Below are positions 29,677 to 39,469 of a DNA stretch of 64,000 nucleotides, piece after piece. The translations under genes and the position numbers were made by a program. The notes under the pieces were generated by a model. It had not been told where the DNA came from. It was given only the letters and a program-made list of their open reading frames with translations, and did not search any database. The stretch is from NCBI GenBank assembly GCA_048887225.1, contig JBHLJY010000005.1, positions 160,656-224,655 on the forward strand, read 5' to 3'. This stretch comes from Candidatus Hodarchaeota archaeon. Lineage in GTDB: Archaea > Asgardarchaeota > Lokiarchaeia > Sigyniarchaeales > SOKP01. Every line of letters starts with the position of its first letter. Position 1 is the stretch's first letter.

Positions 29677-31245
29677 TTATTCAGCATCCTTAATCTGGGT
29701 TAAATCATCAAAAATTTTGTATATATTTTGATCTTTTAATAAATCGTAGAGGTTTGCCGAAAAATTATAAATTTTATCGTATAATATATGACGATTTTGA
29801 TTGGGTAGCCATTTTTTATCAACTTTACATAAATTCTCTGCCGCTTTTGCTATATCAGGGAATAGCCCTGCTCCTGAAGCTGCTAATATTGCAGCTCCTA
29901 AAGAGGTCGCTTCCTCAATTATATTACGTACACATGTAATACCTAACACATCTGCGTAAATTTGATTCCAGAAATCTGAACGAGAACCTCCACCAGTAAG
30001 CAACAGTTCTTTCGGTTCAATATCAAGCTCTTTAAATATTTGGATGTTTTTCTTCACTTCAAAGGCAACACCTTCAAGTACAGCCCGATATAGGTCTCTT
30101 CTTTGATGGCCTAGAGATAAACCAAAAATTAATCCTTTTGCATATGGATTCCAGTGAGGAGCTCCAGCTCCAATTAAATGAGGGATTAAAATTAATCCAT
30201 TTGCTCCTATGGGTGATTTTTCAGCTTCAGCAGTGATTATATTATATGGGTCTTGTCCCTCTTCAGCAGCCATACATTCTGGTTGACCTACTTGATCTCT
30301 AAACCATCGAAGTGTAGCTCCAGAAGTAAAGATACTCGCCTCTTGAACCCAAGAACCTGGAATCGCATGACAGCTACATAAAACTCTTTTTTTTGGGTCA
30401 AATTTTGGCTCATTTAAATATGCTAAAATAAAACTACCCGTTCCTGTTGTACACTTGATTTCTCCTGGAGAAACAACTCCTACTCCTAGCGCCGCAGATT
30501 GTTGATCTCCAGCACCAGTAATTACTAAAGTTTTATTATCAAAATCAGTTTCATCATTAATTATTTCGCCAATATCGACTCCGCTTTCAAAAGGTTCAGG
30601 CATTTTATCTAAATCTATTCCCATTTCAGAGGCAATATCTTCTGAGTATCTTAAATTATTAATATCAAACAACATAGTTCTACTTAAATTACTATGATCA
30701 CTAACAAATTTCCCAGTTAATTTATATATAATAAAATCTGAAACTAACAAAAATTTATGAGCTTTTTGATAAATATCAGGCTTCTTATCTTTAAACCATA
30801 ATATTTTTGTAGAAGAAAAATAAGGATCTATTGTTAAACCCGTAATTTTGTAAATTCTATCAAGACCTATTTTGTTTCTTATAAACTCAACTTGATCAGT
30901 CGTACGTCTATCTTGCCAAACTAAAGCATTATGGAGTGGATTACCTTCTTTATCTACTGGAACAACTGTTTCTCTTTAATCTTTCGGAAAGAAGTTTTAA
31001 ACCGAAATTTGATTGGTGATAGAACAGCTAACTATTTCCGTCTTATCAATCCCGCTTTTGCTTATAGCGTTTTTAATCGTATCTTTTATGGAAATCCACC
31101 ATTCATTAGCGTCTTGCTCTACAAAAGAAGGTGAGGGATAATAGCTAGGATATTCTTTATAATCTGAACCAACAATAGCTCCAGCTAAATCAAAAATGTT
31201 TGTTCGACATCCTGTCGTACCAAGATCCAAAGATGCTACATACAT
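29677..31245 (-). CDS. FGGY-family carbohydrate kinase (glycerol-kinase-like), two exons: 31245-31009 and 30975-29677; spliced product 511 aa
   Basis: DLGTTG, VEQD, ITNQ|RETVV, VWQDRRT, DPYFSSTK, SRTMLFD, GDQQSA, TGTGSF, GAPHW, LEGVAF, GGGSRS, EATSLGAA. Both parts are in the same frame and exon 2 is stop-free from 30975. Confidence 0.85.
30976..31008 (-). other. Candidate 33-nt bulge-helix-bulge (BHB) intron in mRNA
   Basis: Minus strand AAUC-AA^A-UUUCGG-(14 nt)-CCGAAA-GAUU-AA^A-GAG: 4-bp central helix, two 3-nt bulges, 6-bp intron helix; excision gives AAU CAA AGA GAA ACA (NQRET). Confidence 0.8.
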
Positions 31246-31449
31246 TTTAATAACTCTATTAATTTAAAATTTAAAAAATATACTTCAACTTAATTGGAAT
31301 ATGAATAAAAAAGGTGTTCTTCTTAAAATAATTAACTCTCGTTCTAAAAATTAAAATAAGATTTTATTGTACTTTAGGATTTAAAATAGATAAACATAAT
31401 ATTAATATAACTTTTCTTTAATAATTAAAAGATTAAATTCTTTTTCTTT

Positions 31450-32655
31450 TTGTTTTTCAATGACGATATATTAATGATTTCTATGGAGAAGAAAAGATTT
31501 AAGACTATTGATATATTACGTGGATTTTGTATGTTTTATATGATTGGTGGACATCTTATGGACTGGTGGATTCAACCAGATAGCCGTTGGTTGTGGTATT
31601 TTCTAATTTTTATCGGTTCATGGGCAGCAGCAGCGGGATTTTTATTTGTTTCAGGAATAAGTGGTATTATCTCGTATAGGAAAGGAATGATTATGGCGGA
31701 AAAATCAGATACGTTTACTATACAAATGGTAAAAAACTCTTTTATCTTAAGAGCGTTAATAATAATTTTAATCGCCTTAATCTACAATACGATTTTCGCT
31801 ATTGTGTTGATGAATCCATTACTTATTTGGACATGGTTTGTCTTATTAACAATAGGCATATCACTATTATTATCAGTTCCATTATTAAATACTTCGAAAA
31901 TTACAAGAATCTGTGTTTCAGGAGCATTATGGATTGCAAATCATTTATTATTCTCATTTTTAACTGTATATGCTGGACAGCTAAATTTTTTTGGTATAAT
32001 GTATCATATATTTTACAATTCTCCTGAACAAGATGTAATTTTAGGGTTTTTTCCATTTCTTCTCTATGGAACTGTTGTAGGAGATATATTATTCGAGATA
32101 AGTAATATTGAAAATCCAATTAAAAGGAAGGGTGACATTAGAAATAAACTTTTAATTCCTTCATTAATTATAGGGGCAATTCTTATTATCTTTGGATTGT
32201 GGTTCTGGTATCCAAATTTTGATGTAAAAGTTTTAACTCACCCAACTAGTTTTTATTGGGCGATTTTTTCTTGCGGAATTCAATTAGTAATATTCTCAAT
32301 TGGTATATATATTGAAGAATTTGTTAAAACTGAAAGAAGTTATCGATTTCTTTTCTATTTTTCTTATTATTCTTTAACAATCTACCTAGCGCATTATCTT
32401 TTATTTTTTATTCCATTACACCAGAAATTAAACGCGATAAATTTTTGGTACTTTTTTATACCGGTTTTCATCATTATGGGTTTTATTCTTAGAGGGCTCT
32501 ATAAAAAGTATAAGGCTAAAATTGCGTTGAAAACTCTAATAGGTATTATAAGTATGATTTTAACTTTGAAAGCTGAGAAGAAAAAGAGAAATTTATCGAA
32601 AACATCAATTAAAGTCCTTAAAAAGATATATTTTGGTAATATTTTTAAGAAGTAA
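31450..32655 (+). CDS. DUF1624 / heparan-alpha-glucosaminide N-acetyltransferase-like membrane protein
   Basis: RFKTIDILRG...MIGGH, FLFVSG, YSLTIYLAH; multi-pass; start may be a later ATG. Confidence 0.75.
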   Translation: MFFNDDILMISMEKKRFKTIDILRGFCMFYMIGGHLMDWWIQPDSRWLWYFLIFIGSWAAAAGFLFVSGISGIISYRKGMIMAEKSDTFTIQMVKNSFILRALIIILIALIYNTIFAIVLMNPLLIWTWFVLLTIGISLLLSVPLLNTSKITRICVSGALWIANHLLFSFLTVYAGQLNFFGIMYHIFYNSPEQDVILGFFPFLLYGTVVGDILFEISNIENPIKRKGDIRNKLLIPSLIIGAILIIFGLWFWYPNFDVKVLTHPTSFYWAIFSCGIQLVIFSIGIYIEEFVKTERSYRFLFYFSYYSLTIYLAHYLLFFIPLHQKLNAINFWYFFIPVFIIMGFILRGLYKKYKAKIALKTLIGIISMILTLKAEKKKRNLSKTSIKVLKKIYFGNIFKK

Positions 32656-32697
32656 GAATTGATGAGCAAACCGAATTAATAAATTTTCTTAAATATT

Positions 32698-33381
32698 CTA
32701 TTTTACCTTTTTATATCCGCATTGAGGACAAACTAACTTGCCAAAACCAATTCTGTAATCTTGTATCTCTGTCAGAAAGGTATTACAAATAGGACATCGA
32801 GGTTCGTTGGAAGGAAACCAATCTCCTCGGATATTCGGCATGGTTTTTAACTTATTTATAAATTTAAACTTTCCCATATTTCTTTTATAATACTCGAAAA
32901 TTTGCTGCTCTTCAGCTAAAGACTTTCCCTTAGGAGTGAGAATCATTAAGAAATTGACTTTAGAAGGAGTGTTAAGTAAAGAGAGCACTCTAACGATTGC
33001 TTTATTTTGATGATGTTCGAACAATTTAGCAAGCTCGGGAGGTGCTAATGCGACTAAAATTGCTCGTAGATTGTCCTTTTTATTAACATTTTGAAACAAA
33101 AATTGATACATCCGATTTTTGTTGTCAAATGCCCAAATAAAGTTAAAACTTGAAATATCGTAATCCTCTTTATTAGGCCCAATAATTCTTTTGATGCTTT
33201 TTGTAATAGAATAATGATCGTAATTATATGCTTTTGATAATAAATCATCGAAAAATTCTTTTTCAACTATTGGGAAGCTCTTAAAAAGACTTTTCAACGA
33301 TAATAATCTAACTTGAGTCAATTCGTTTGTATTTAGCCCATCCCAGGGTGTTTCAGTGTAAATAACGAAAAAACTACTCAT
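32698..33381 (-). CDS. Hypothetical protein with C-terminal Zn ribbon
   Basis: CPICN...CPQCGY. Confidence 0.65.
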   Translation of the reverse strand: MSSFFVIYTETPWDGLNTNELTQVRLLSLKSLFKSFPIVEKEFFDDLLSKAYNYDHYSITKSIKRIIGPNKEDYDISSFNFIWAFDNKNRMYQFLFQNVNKKDNLRAILVALAPPELAKLFEHHQNKAIVRVLSLLNTPSKVNFLMILTPKGKSLAEEQQIFEYYKRNMGKFKFINKLKTMPNIRGDWFPSNEPRCPICNTFLTEIQDYRIGFGKLVCPQCGYKKVK

Positions 33382-33470
33382 TAATAATACAAAAGAATTT
33401 GATTATAATAAATTCATTTTATACCTTAAAAAAACAAAATTTAAAAGTGAAAATAACAAATTTCTCACTA

Positions 33471-34637
33471 ATGAACGATATCTGGGACACTAGAGCCGAT
33501 TCAGTGACTAAAGGAGATAAGCGTAGAGATGTTTTACCTCTAACAGAAAAGACTTTTATAAGTGAAGATGGTTTTACACACTATTTTTTCAGCAAGTTAA
33601 TGTTTAAGAATCTCTGGTATAGTATCCCAGATGAAGAATTTGAGTTATTCAAGGATTTTGTTAATGGAGGGTCAAGATCCTATCCATCCGATGGGAGTAT
33701 CCCTTGCGATATTGTTGCAGGAGAAGCTCGGGTGCTTCTCAATAAAATTGTAGAATTATCCAATGATACTGGTTCACATCATTACGGTGAGGCTCGGGAA
33801 GTGTTGAAAAATGGAAAAATAGCACTCGTAAGAGGGACGATAAAGCTTTATTTAGGAAAATATACAACCAGAGATTGGCGAAGAAAAAGATTTACTGATG
33901 ATATAGATTTTTGGGTTCGGAAAATTCATGTATTACATCATGTATTAAGAAGATCTGGATGGATGAAGAACAAGAATACTCGAGAATGGGAAAAGAATAT
34001 TGTGTGGGTAAATCCTCTAACAGGAGAAAGAAGAGAACACATTCTTATTGCGGCTAATGATCTTGATCAATTATTAGATTTTGGAGCAGGAAGTTATCTT
34101 GAGGGAGGATCATTAAAACAAATTTTTCAAAAAAAAATTAAAAGAGGACATGAAGTCGACCTTAGTGATCTAATAAATGTGGTGATGGTAAATGGAATGG
34201 ATGAGAAAATCCAAGATAAAGATGCTAGAGAGAAAGAATGGAAAGATGCATGGGAGGCGTTTGAAGCCGCAGCAAATATGAGAAATACTAGGACAACTTC
34301 AAATTTAATTAGTACGTGTCGTTATTCACTTGCCATTGCCGATCACATTGAGAAAGTAAGCCAATCAATTATTAAATACAATGACCTTATTTTTGATAAA
34401 TTAGTATTTCCTGATGATCAATTAAAGAGAATTTGTAGAACTTCTATACATTGGTTAGAATTTCTTAGCATTTATGGGCCTGATGAGACTCGAAAAATGC
34501 TTCATGAGTTTTATCATGAACACGCAGAAATAAAACCCCATCATGCAACAAATCTCAGAGATTTCGCAAGAAATTTGCTAAAGCTACTTAATTCTAAATA
34601 TAAACATTTAAAAATCGTTTTTGATATAGAGAAATAA
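33471..34637 (+). CDS. Hypothetical protein with nucleotidyltransferase-like motifs
   Basis: First ATG at 33471; VRGT...RFTDDIDFW and KIKRGHEVDLSDL resemble G-x-A...R-x-T-x-D-x-D and K...D-x-x-D signatures. Confidence 0.55.
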   Translation: MNDIWDTRADSVTKGDKRRDVLPLTEKTFISEDGFTHYFFSKLMFKNLWYSIPDEEFELFKDFVNGGSRSYPSDGSIPCDIVAGEARVLLNKIVELSNDTGSHHYGEAREVLKNGKIALVRGTIKLYLGKYTTRDWRRKRFTDDIDFWVRKIHVLHHVLRRSGWMKNKNTREWEKNIVWVNPLTGERREHILIAANDLDQLLDFGAGSYLEGGSLKQIFQKKIKRGHEVDLSDLINVVMVNGMDEKIQDKDAREKEWKDAWEAFEAAANMRNTRTTSNLISTCRYSLAIADHIEKVSQSIIKYNDLIFDKLVFPDDQLKRICRTSIHWLEFLSIYGPDETRKMLHEFYHEHAEIKPHHATNLRDFARNLLKLLNSKYKHLKIVFDIEK

Positions 34638-34731
34638 TATCTAATCCTATTAAATGGATTATTCTTGGAAAGATTTATTAGAAGTTGTAAAACACTTATA
34701 ATTAAATTATAAATAAAAAACTGATTCTAGA

Positions 34732-34926
34732 ATGTATGATTATTTATTAAGTGAAGAAAATAAAAGATTTAGAGAAGAAGTCCGCGAGTTTGTAAAAAAT
34801 GAAGTTCCTCCTTCTTTATTAAAGAAAATGGATAAAGATGAAGTTCAATATCCAGCAGAATTTGTAAAGGCAATGGCTAAGCATAACATGATTGGAATCA
34901 GATTTCCAAGATGCTTTAGATTCTGA
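34732..34926 (+). pseudogene. Acyl-CoA dehydrogenase N-terminal fragment
   Basis: LSEENKRFREEVREFV...YPAEFVKAM...GIRFP then stop; remainder absent before the next gene. Confidence 0.7.
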
Positions 34927-35015
34927 GCATGAGGAAGAAAAACATTTTGGTTAAAATTACCCTATTTATTTTAAATTTGATTTTAATAAAATAAAAAGGA
35001 TTATAAACAAATAAC

Positions 35016-36191
35016 TTATTGTTTTGATAAATAGCGAATTTTAACGAGTAAATCACGAATTTCCATTTTATCATTCTCAGGTGTTATGTATTTCTTTTTC
35101 ACACCTTCAGAGAGAGGGAATGTTGTAATTTGATTTCCTTGCAGAGAGACCATTTTACCAAAATCTCCTTCCAACACGAGTTTCATAGCTGCTAATCCGA
35201 ATCTTAACCCTAATATTCGATCAAATGAATTGGGAGTTCCTGCTCTCATTGTATGTCCTAAGACGACGCTTCGTATTTCAAAGTCAACACCGTTTTTTTG
35301 AAATTCCTCCTTTAAATCATCTCTTAAGTTTAATTCTTTAACAAGAATTTGAGATATATTTAAGGCAGGTAATATTGGATTACCAAAAACATCTTTAGGC
35401 AGCTTATCAATGGTTTCTTGTGTAATTGTCTTAAAATCTCGTTGGAGTGATTTTTTGACGGGATAAGCACCTTCAGAACACGCAATAATGTGATAATTAT
35501 ATCCCGATCTAACTCTTTTTTTAAGAACTTCAACAACATCCTCTTCTAAATCAAAGGGAGTTTCTGGAATCAAGATAATATCAGCACCGCTCGAAATTCC
35601 ACTATACATGGTTAGAAAGCCAGCATCACGTCCCATTACCTCAACGACAAATACTCGTTGATGAGATTTTGCTGTGGTTGTAAGATTATCCATGGCGTTT
35701 GAGGCTAGTTGGACAGCACTCCAGAATCCAAATGTATAATGAGTTCCTGCTAAGTCATTGTCAATTGTCTTCGGGCACCCGACTATTTTTACTTTTGTAT
35801 ATTTGACCATAGAGTCGGCGACGCTTAACGTATCATCACCACCAATGACAATCAAAGCATCAATACCCAATGTATCAAATTTAGTGGCCATTTCTTTTGC
35901 AATATTTTCTCTAATCTTCTCCTTTTCTTCTTTGGTTTTAGCTTCTTGAACCTTTTTAAATGGGTTCGTTCTGCTAGTATATAAAATAGTTCCACCAATA
36001 GTGTGAAGATCGTCATGGTCAGCAATGTTAAGTGGTATTGTTAAATTTTCCATAAACCCTTTCCATCCTTTAAGAATTCCAACACACTCAACACCAGCGT
36101 CAAAAGCTTTAAGCATGATTCCATATAGGACACTATTTAAACCCGGGCAATCTCCTCCACCGGTAAGAATACCCACCTTCTTAATAGTCGT
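35016..36191 (-). CDS. pfkA: 6-phosphofructokinase, PfkA family, probably PPi-dependent; probable ACG start
   Basis: GILTGGGDCPGLN, GGDDT, PKTIDND, EVMGRDAG; in-frame extension ACG ACT ATT AAG AAG GTG = (M)TIKKV after an in-frame TAG. Confidence 0.9.
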   Translation of the reverse strand, partial: TTIKKVGILTGGGDCPGLNSVLYGIMLKAFDAGVECVGILKGWKGFMENLTIPLNIADHDDLHTIGGTILYTSRTNPFKKVQEAKTKEEKEKIRENIAKEMATKFDTLGIDALIVIGGDDTLSVADSMVKYTKVKIVGCPKTIDNDLAGTHYTFGFWSAVQLASNAMDNLTTTAKSHQRVFVVEVMGRDAGFLTMYSGISSGADIILIPETPFDLEEDVVEVLKKRVRSGYNYHIIACSEGAYPVKKSLQRDFKTITQETIDKLPKDVFGNPILPALNISQILVKELNLRDDLKEEFQKNGVDFEIRSVVLGHTMRAGTPNSFDRILGLRFGLAAMKLVLEGDFGKMVSLQGNQITTFPLSEGVKKKYITPENDKMEIRDLLVKIRYLSKQ

Positions 36192-36197
36192 CTATTT

Positions 36198-36203
36198 TCA
36201 CCT
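36198..36203 (-). promoter_or_regulatory. Shine-Dalgarno AGGTGA, 6 nt before ACG of pfk
   Basis: Minus strand aaggtga-aaatag-acg. Confidence 0.6.
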
Positions 36204-36297
36204 TCAATTTTATTATTTATTAATATAGATTGTTTAGAGATTTTCAATTAAAAATATTATGGGATTTCAAATTTTAATTATTATTCAAACTTAGTTT

Positions 36298-36852
36298 TTA
36301 AATTTTTTCAAATTTATATTTTGATTTATCAATTGGGATTATATAACTTCCTCCAGCTGGATCTGTTATTTTTAAAGTAAATTCAAGATCACCCTTCATT
36401 GCTTTTTTTAAATCTTTTAATGCTTCTTTAATTTCATTTTTTTCAGGATGATCACTGTCAAGATCATTGTAATAAATCTCAACAGCGCGTTCAAATCTAA
36501 ATAGAATTCCTTCTATATTAGTATAATAAAACTCAGCAGTCGGTCCAGGTTCTACTTTTAAATCCAATTCAGGTATTTCTAATATTCCAGTCGTTGAACG
36601 GTATATTTTAGATTTTAGATCGTTTTCGTTCGTTATCTTTAAAGTCATAATACCTGCATCCATTATAGTAATTAACGGTATAATATCATTCTTTTCAAAG
36701 TCGCATTTGTTACATTCAAATTTTAAAAATAGCATTTTATCCTTATCAGGAAGGTCGTAGATAGTTTTATTTATCAGAACATTGCCATTTTTACATATTG
36801 GACATTTAAAATCTGTAATTTCTTCCGTAGATTCTCTAGCTTTCTCAGACAT
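36298..36852 (-). CDS. ZPR1-type zinc finger protein
   Basis: CPIC...CNKC, IPELDLKVEPGP, TNIEGIL, ITDPAGGSYI. Confidence 0.92.
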   Translation of the reverse strand: MSEKARESTEEITDFKCPICKNGNVLINKTIYDLPDKDKMLFLKFECNKCDFEKNDIIPLITIMDAGIMTLKITNENDLKSKIYRSTTGILEIPELDLKVEPGPTAEFYYTNIEGILFRFERAVEIYYNDLDSDHPEKNEIKEALKDLKKAMKGDLEFTLKITDPAGGSYIIPIDKSKYKFEKI

Positions 36853-37191
36853 AACGAAATGATAAAGATTTAATTAAATTATCAAAAGGTATTATATTTT
36901 TATTCTTCTTCTAAAATAAATTGTTCATAATTCTATATTTTTTTTTTCAATTTGCTGTTTAGAGTTGTCCTTTTATAATGCTTTTAAGGAGCTTACTTAA
37001 AAACTTTATCCGTAAATTTTTAATAGTATTTTTTTTTTAAAAAGATAACACTCTTTTAATAATGTTATAAATCGATAATATAAAGTTGGGAATTTATGCG
37101 CAAAGTAAAGAGAAAAAATTATTCAATCACTCCAGACTCTATATTATTGTTATTAATTATTCTCTTAGTAGTACAAGTAGTATTAATTTTA

Positions 37192-37240
37192 TAGTGCAAC
37201 CATAAAAATGTAAATTTCTGCGTTTTGATTGGTTGCATTG
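37192..37240 (+). promoter_or_regulatory. Long imperfect hairpin / inverted repeat upstream of the oxidoreductase operon
   Basis: AGUGCAACCA pairs with UGGUUGCAUU; inner AAAAUGUA pairs with UGCGUUUU. Confidence 0.5.
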
Positions 37241-37284
37241 GTTATAAATAAATAAAAATTAAAAAAGAAAAAAGTTGGAATGAA

Positions 37285-37860
37285 TTGAAGGATAAGGATG
37301 TAATAGAGATTACATTTCATGGCCGAGGAGGACAAACGAGTGTTACAGCTAGCCAGCTATTGGCTGAATTTGCTTATCATGAAGGCTTTAGGGATACAAT
37401 CGCGATCCCTATCATTGGTGCGGAAAGAAGGGGAGCTCCAATCCAAGCATTTACTAAATTATCAAAAAATAAATCGATTAGAACTTACGATAGTGTTAAA
37501 GATCCTGATTATATTTTTATATTTGACACTTCTCTATTAGATATTCCAAGAGTAAGAGACACTATTAAAGAAGGGGTAACGCTTATTGCTGATAGTTTTG
37601 AGCCTCTTGATAAATCTAAATTACCGAAAGATGTAAAAATCTATATTGTAGATGCTACAGGAATATGTATTAATAGAGATTTTATGCATTCAAGTGGTCC
37701 AATCCTTAATATACCTATGCTTGGAGCGTTTGGAAAAGTCTCCGGCTATTATGATCTTGAAACTATGGAGAAAGTTTTGAAAAAGGAATTTGGAGAAAAA
37801 AAAATAGAACAAAATATGAATGTGGCACGAGATGCCTATGAATCTGTAAAGGAGGTTTAA
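37285..37860 (+). CDS. porG: Pyruvate/2-oxoacid:ferredoxin oxidoreductase gamma subunit
   Basis: HGRGGQ, GAERRGAP, VDATGI, NIPMLGA. Confidence 0.9.
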   Translation: MKDKDVIEITFHGRGGQTSVTASQLLAEFAYHEGFRDTIAIPIIGAERRGAPIQAFTKLSKNKSIRTYDSVKDPDYIFIFDTSLLDIPRVRDTIKEGVTLIADSFEPLDKSKLPKDVKIYIVDATGICINRDFMHSSGPILNIPMLGAFGKVSGYYDLETMEKVLKKEFGEKKIEQNMNVARDAYESVKEV

Positions 37861-37863
37861 TAA

Positions 37864-38214
37864 ATGGCAGATACAGAAAAATGGAAGAAAATAAATAAAT
37901 CGAAAGACGAGCGTCCTAAAGTTCAAGAATATTCCTGTTGGGAAGAATTATCCCCCATTCCTATCTCATTACCTATTGATGGAGCAATAGGGATTACAGG
38001 AGATTGGAGAACATTTAGACCTATAATTGATCAGGAGAATTGTAATCAATGTGGGTTCTGTTGGATGTATTGTCCTGAAGGAACGATAAGCAAACGTGAA
38101 GGTGGTTTGTTTCAAATAGATTATGTTTATTGTAAAGGATGTGGTATTTGCGCAAAAGAATGTCCTACAAAGAATATTGAAATGAAAAGGGAGGATGAAG
38201 TAAAAAATGATTAA
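37864..38214 (+). CDS. porD: Pyruvate/2-oxoacid:ferredoxin oxidoreductase delta subunit
   Basis: TGDWRTFRP, two CxxCxxCxxxCP motifs. Confidence 0.9.
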   Translation: MADTEKWKKINKSKDERPKVQEYSCWEELSPIPISLPIDGAIGITGDWRTFRPIIDQENCNQCGFCWMYCPEGTISKREGGLFQIDYVYCKGCGICAKECPTKNIEMKREDEVKND

Positions 38215-39466
38215 ACCAGAACAAAAAGATTTTATTCAGGAAAAAGAAGTAAAAATAATTAAAGGAAACGAAGCAGCAGCATATGCAGCTAAATCTGCGA
38301 GAGTTCAAGTAATTAGTGCGTATCCCATAACACCGCAAACTACTGTAGTTGAAAAATTATCCGAATTTGTTGATGGAGGTGAAATGCCCGGTACGCAATA
38401 TATTAAGGTAGAGAGTGAGCATAGTGTTATGGCTTCCATAGTTGGTGCCAGCATCGCCGGAACCCGAACTTTTACAGCAACCTCAGGGCAAGGTATTTTT
38501 TATATGCATGAAATGCTTCATTGGGCAGCAGGCACGAGGCTTCCTATTGTTGTAGCAATAGCATCTAGAGGACCCGCACCTCCTTGGAACATTTGGGCAG
38601 ATTTTACTGACGTTTGTAGCCAACGCGATACAGGATGGATGAGTTCCTTTTGTGCTACTCATCAAGAAATTTATGATGAAATTCTAATGTCTTACAAAGT
38701 TTGTGAAGATTATGATATTTTATTGCCAAAGTTTGTTGCTTATGGAGGATTTATATTATCTCATACCTCCAAACCAATAATGATTGAAAATCAAGAAGTT
38801 GTTGATGCTTATTTACCGCCATTGCCAGATGAGAAGGGCTGGCCCCATATTTTCATAGATCCACAAAGACCAATGATGCATGGAAATCTTATAATGCCTT
38901 CAGGCTTTTATGCTGAATTTCGGATGAAAATACAGGAGGCTATGATAAAGGCGAAAGAAAAAATAAAAATCGCAGCAAAAGAATTTGAAAAAGTATTTGG
39001 CAGAAACTACGGAAACGGCTTAATACAGGAATATAAAATGGATGATGCTGATATAGGTATGTTAATTTATGGAGATCTTGCCTTACAAATGGAAGAAGCA
39101 GTAGATCAAGTAAGAGAAGAAGGCTATAAGGTTGGAATGGCAAAATTAAGACACTTTAGACCATTTCCAGTGGAAGATATTATAGAGATCGCTAAAAAGG
39201 TGAAAGTTCTTGGCGTAATAGATCGAGCAACTGCCTTTGGTTCCCAGACAGGAGGGCCGGTATCTAGCGAAGTTAAATCCGCATTACAAGATATTGAGGT
39301 AACTGCAAAGATATTACCAATGATGAATGGTATTGGAGGGCGGGAAGTGACTTTAGATCAACAAAAAGATCAATTAAAAATTCTGGTAAAAATGCATGAA
39401 ACTGGGGAGCTTCCAGATGATCTATTATATGGAACTCTCTGGCATGGAAAATTAGAGGTGAAATAA
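38207..39466 (+). CDS. porA: Pyruvate/2-oxoacid:ferredoxin oxidoreductase alpha subunit
   Basis: GNEAAA, AYPITPQT, ESEHS, TATSGQG, FRPFP. Confidence 0.92.
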   Translation: MIKPEQKDFIQEKEVKIIKGNEAAAYAAKSARVQVISAYPITPQTTVVEKLSEFVDGGEMPGTQYIKVESEHSVMASIVGASIAGTRTFTATSGQGIFYMHEMLHWAAGTRLPIVVAIASRGPAPPWNIWADFTDVCSQRDTGWMSSFCATHQEIYDEILMSYKVCEDYDILLPKFVAYGGFILSHTSKPIMIENQEVVDAYLPPLPDEKGWPHIFIDPQRPMMHGNLIMPSGFYAEFRMKIQEAMIKAKEKIKIAAKEFEKVFGRNYGNGLIQEYKMDDADIGMLIYGDLALQMEEAVDQVREEGYKVGMAKLRHFRPFPVEDIIEIAKKVKVLGVIDRATAFGSQTGGPVSSEVKSALQDIEVTAKILPMMNGIGGREVTLDQQKDQLKILVKMHETGELPDDLLYGTLWHGKLEVK

Positions 39467-39469
39467 AAG

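Noticed and set aside
29677-31245. FGGY kinase as a simple pseudogene, frameshift or stop-readthrough gene
   Set aside because: Both halves share a frame, show no other lesions, and readthrough would need two UAA stops and would put 11 residues into the substrate-binding motif; precise BHB excision explains it better
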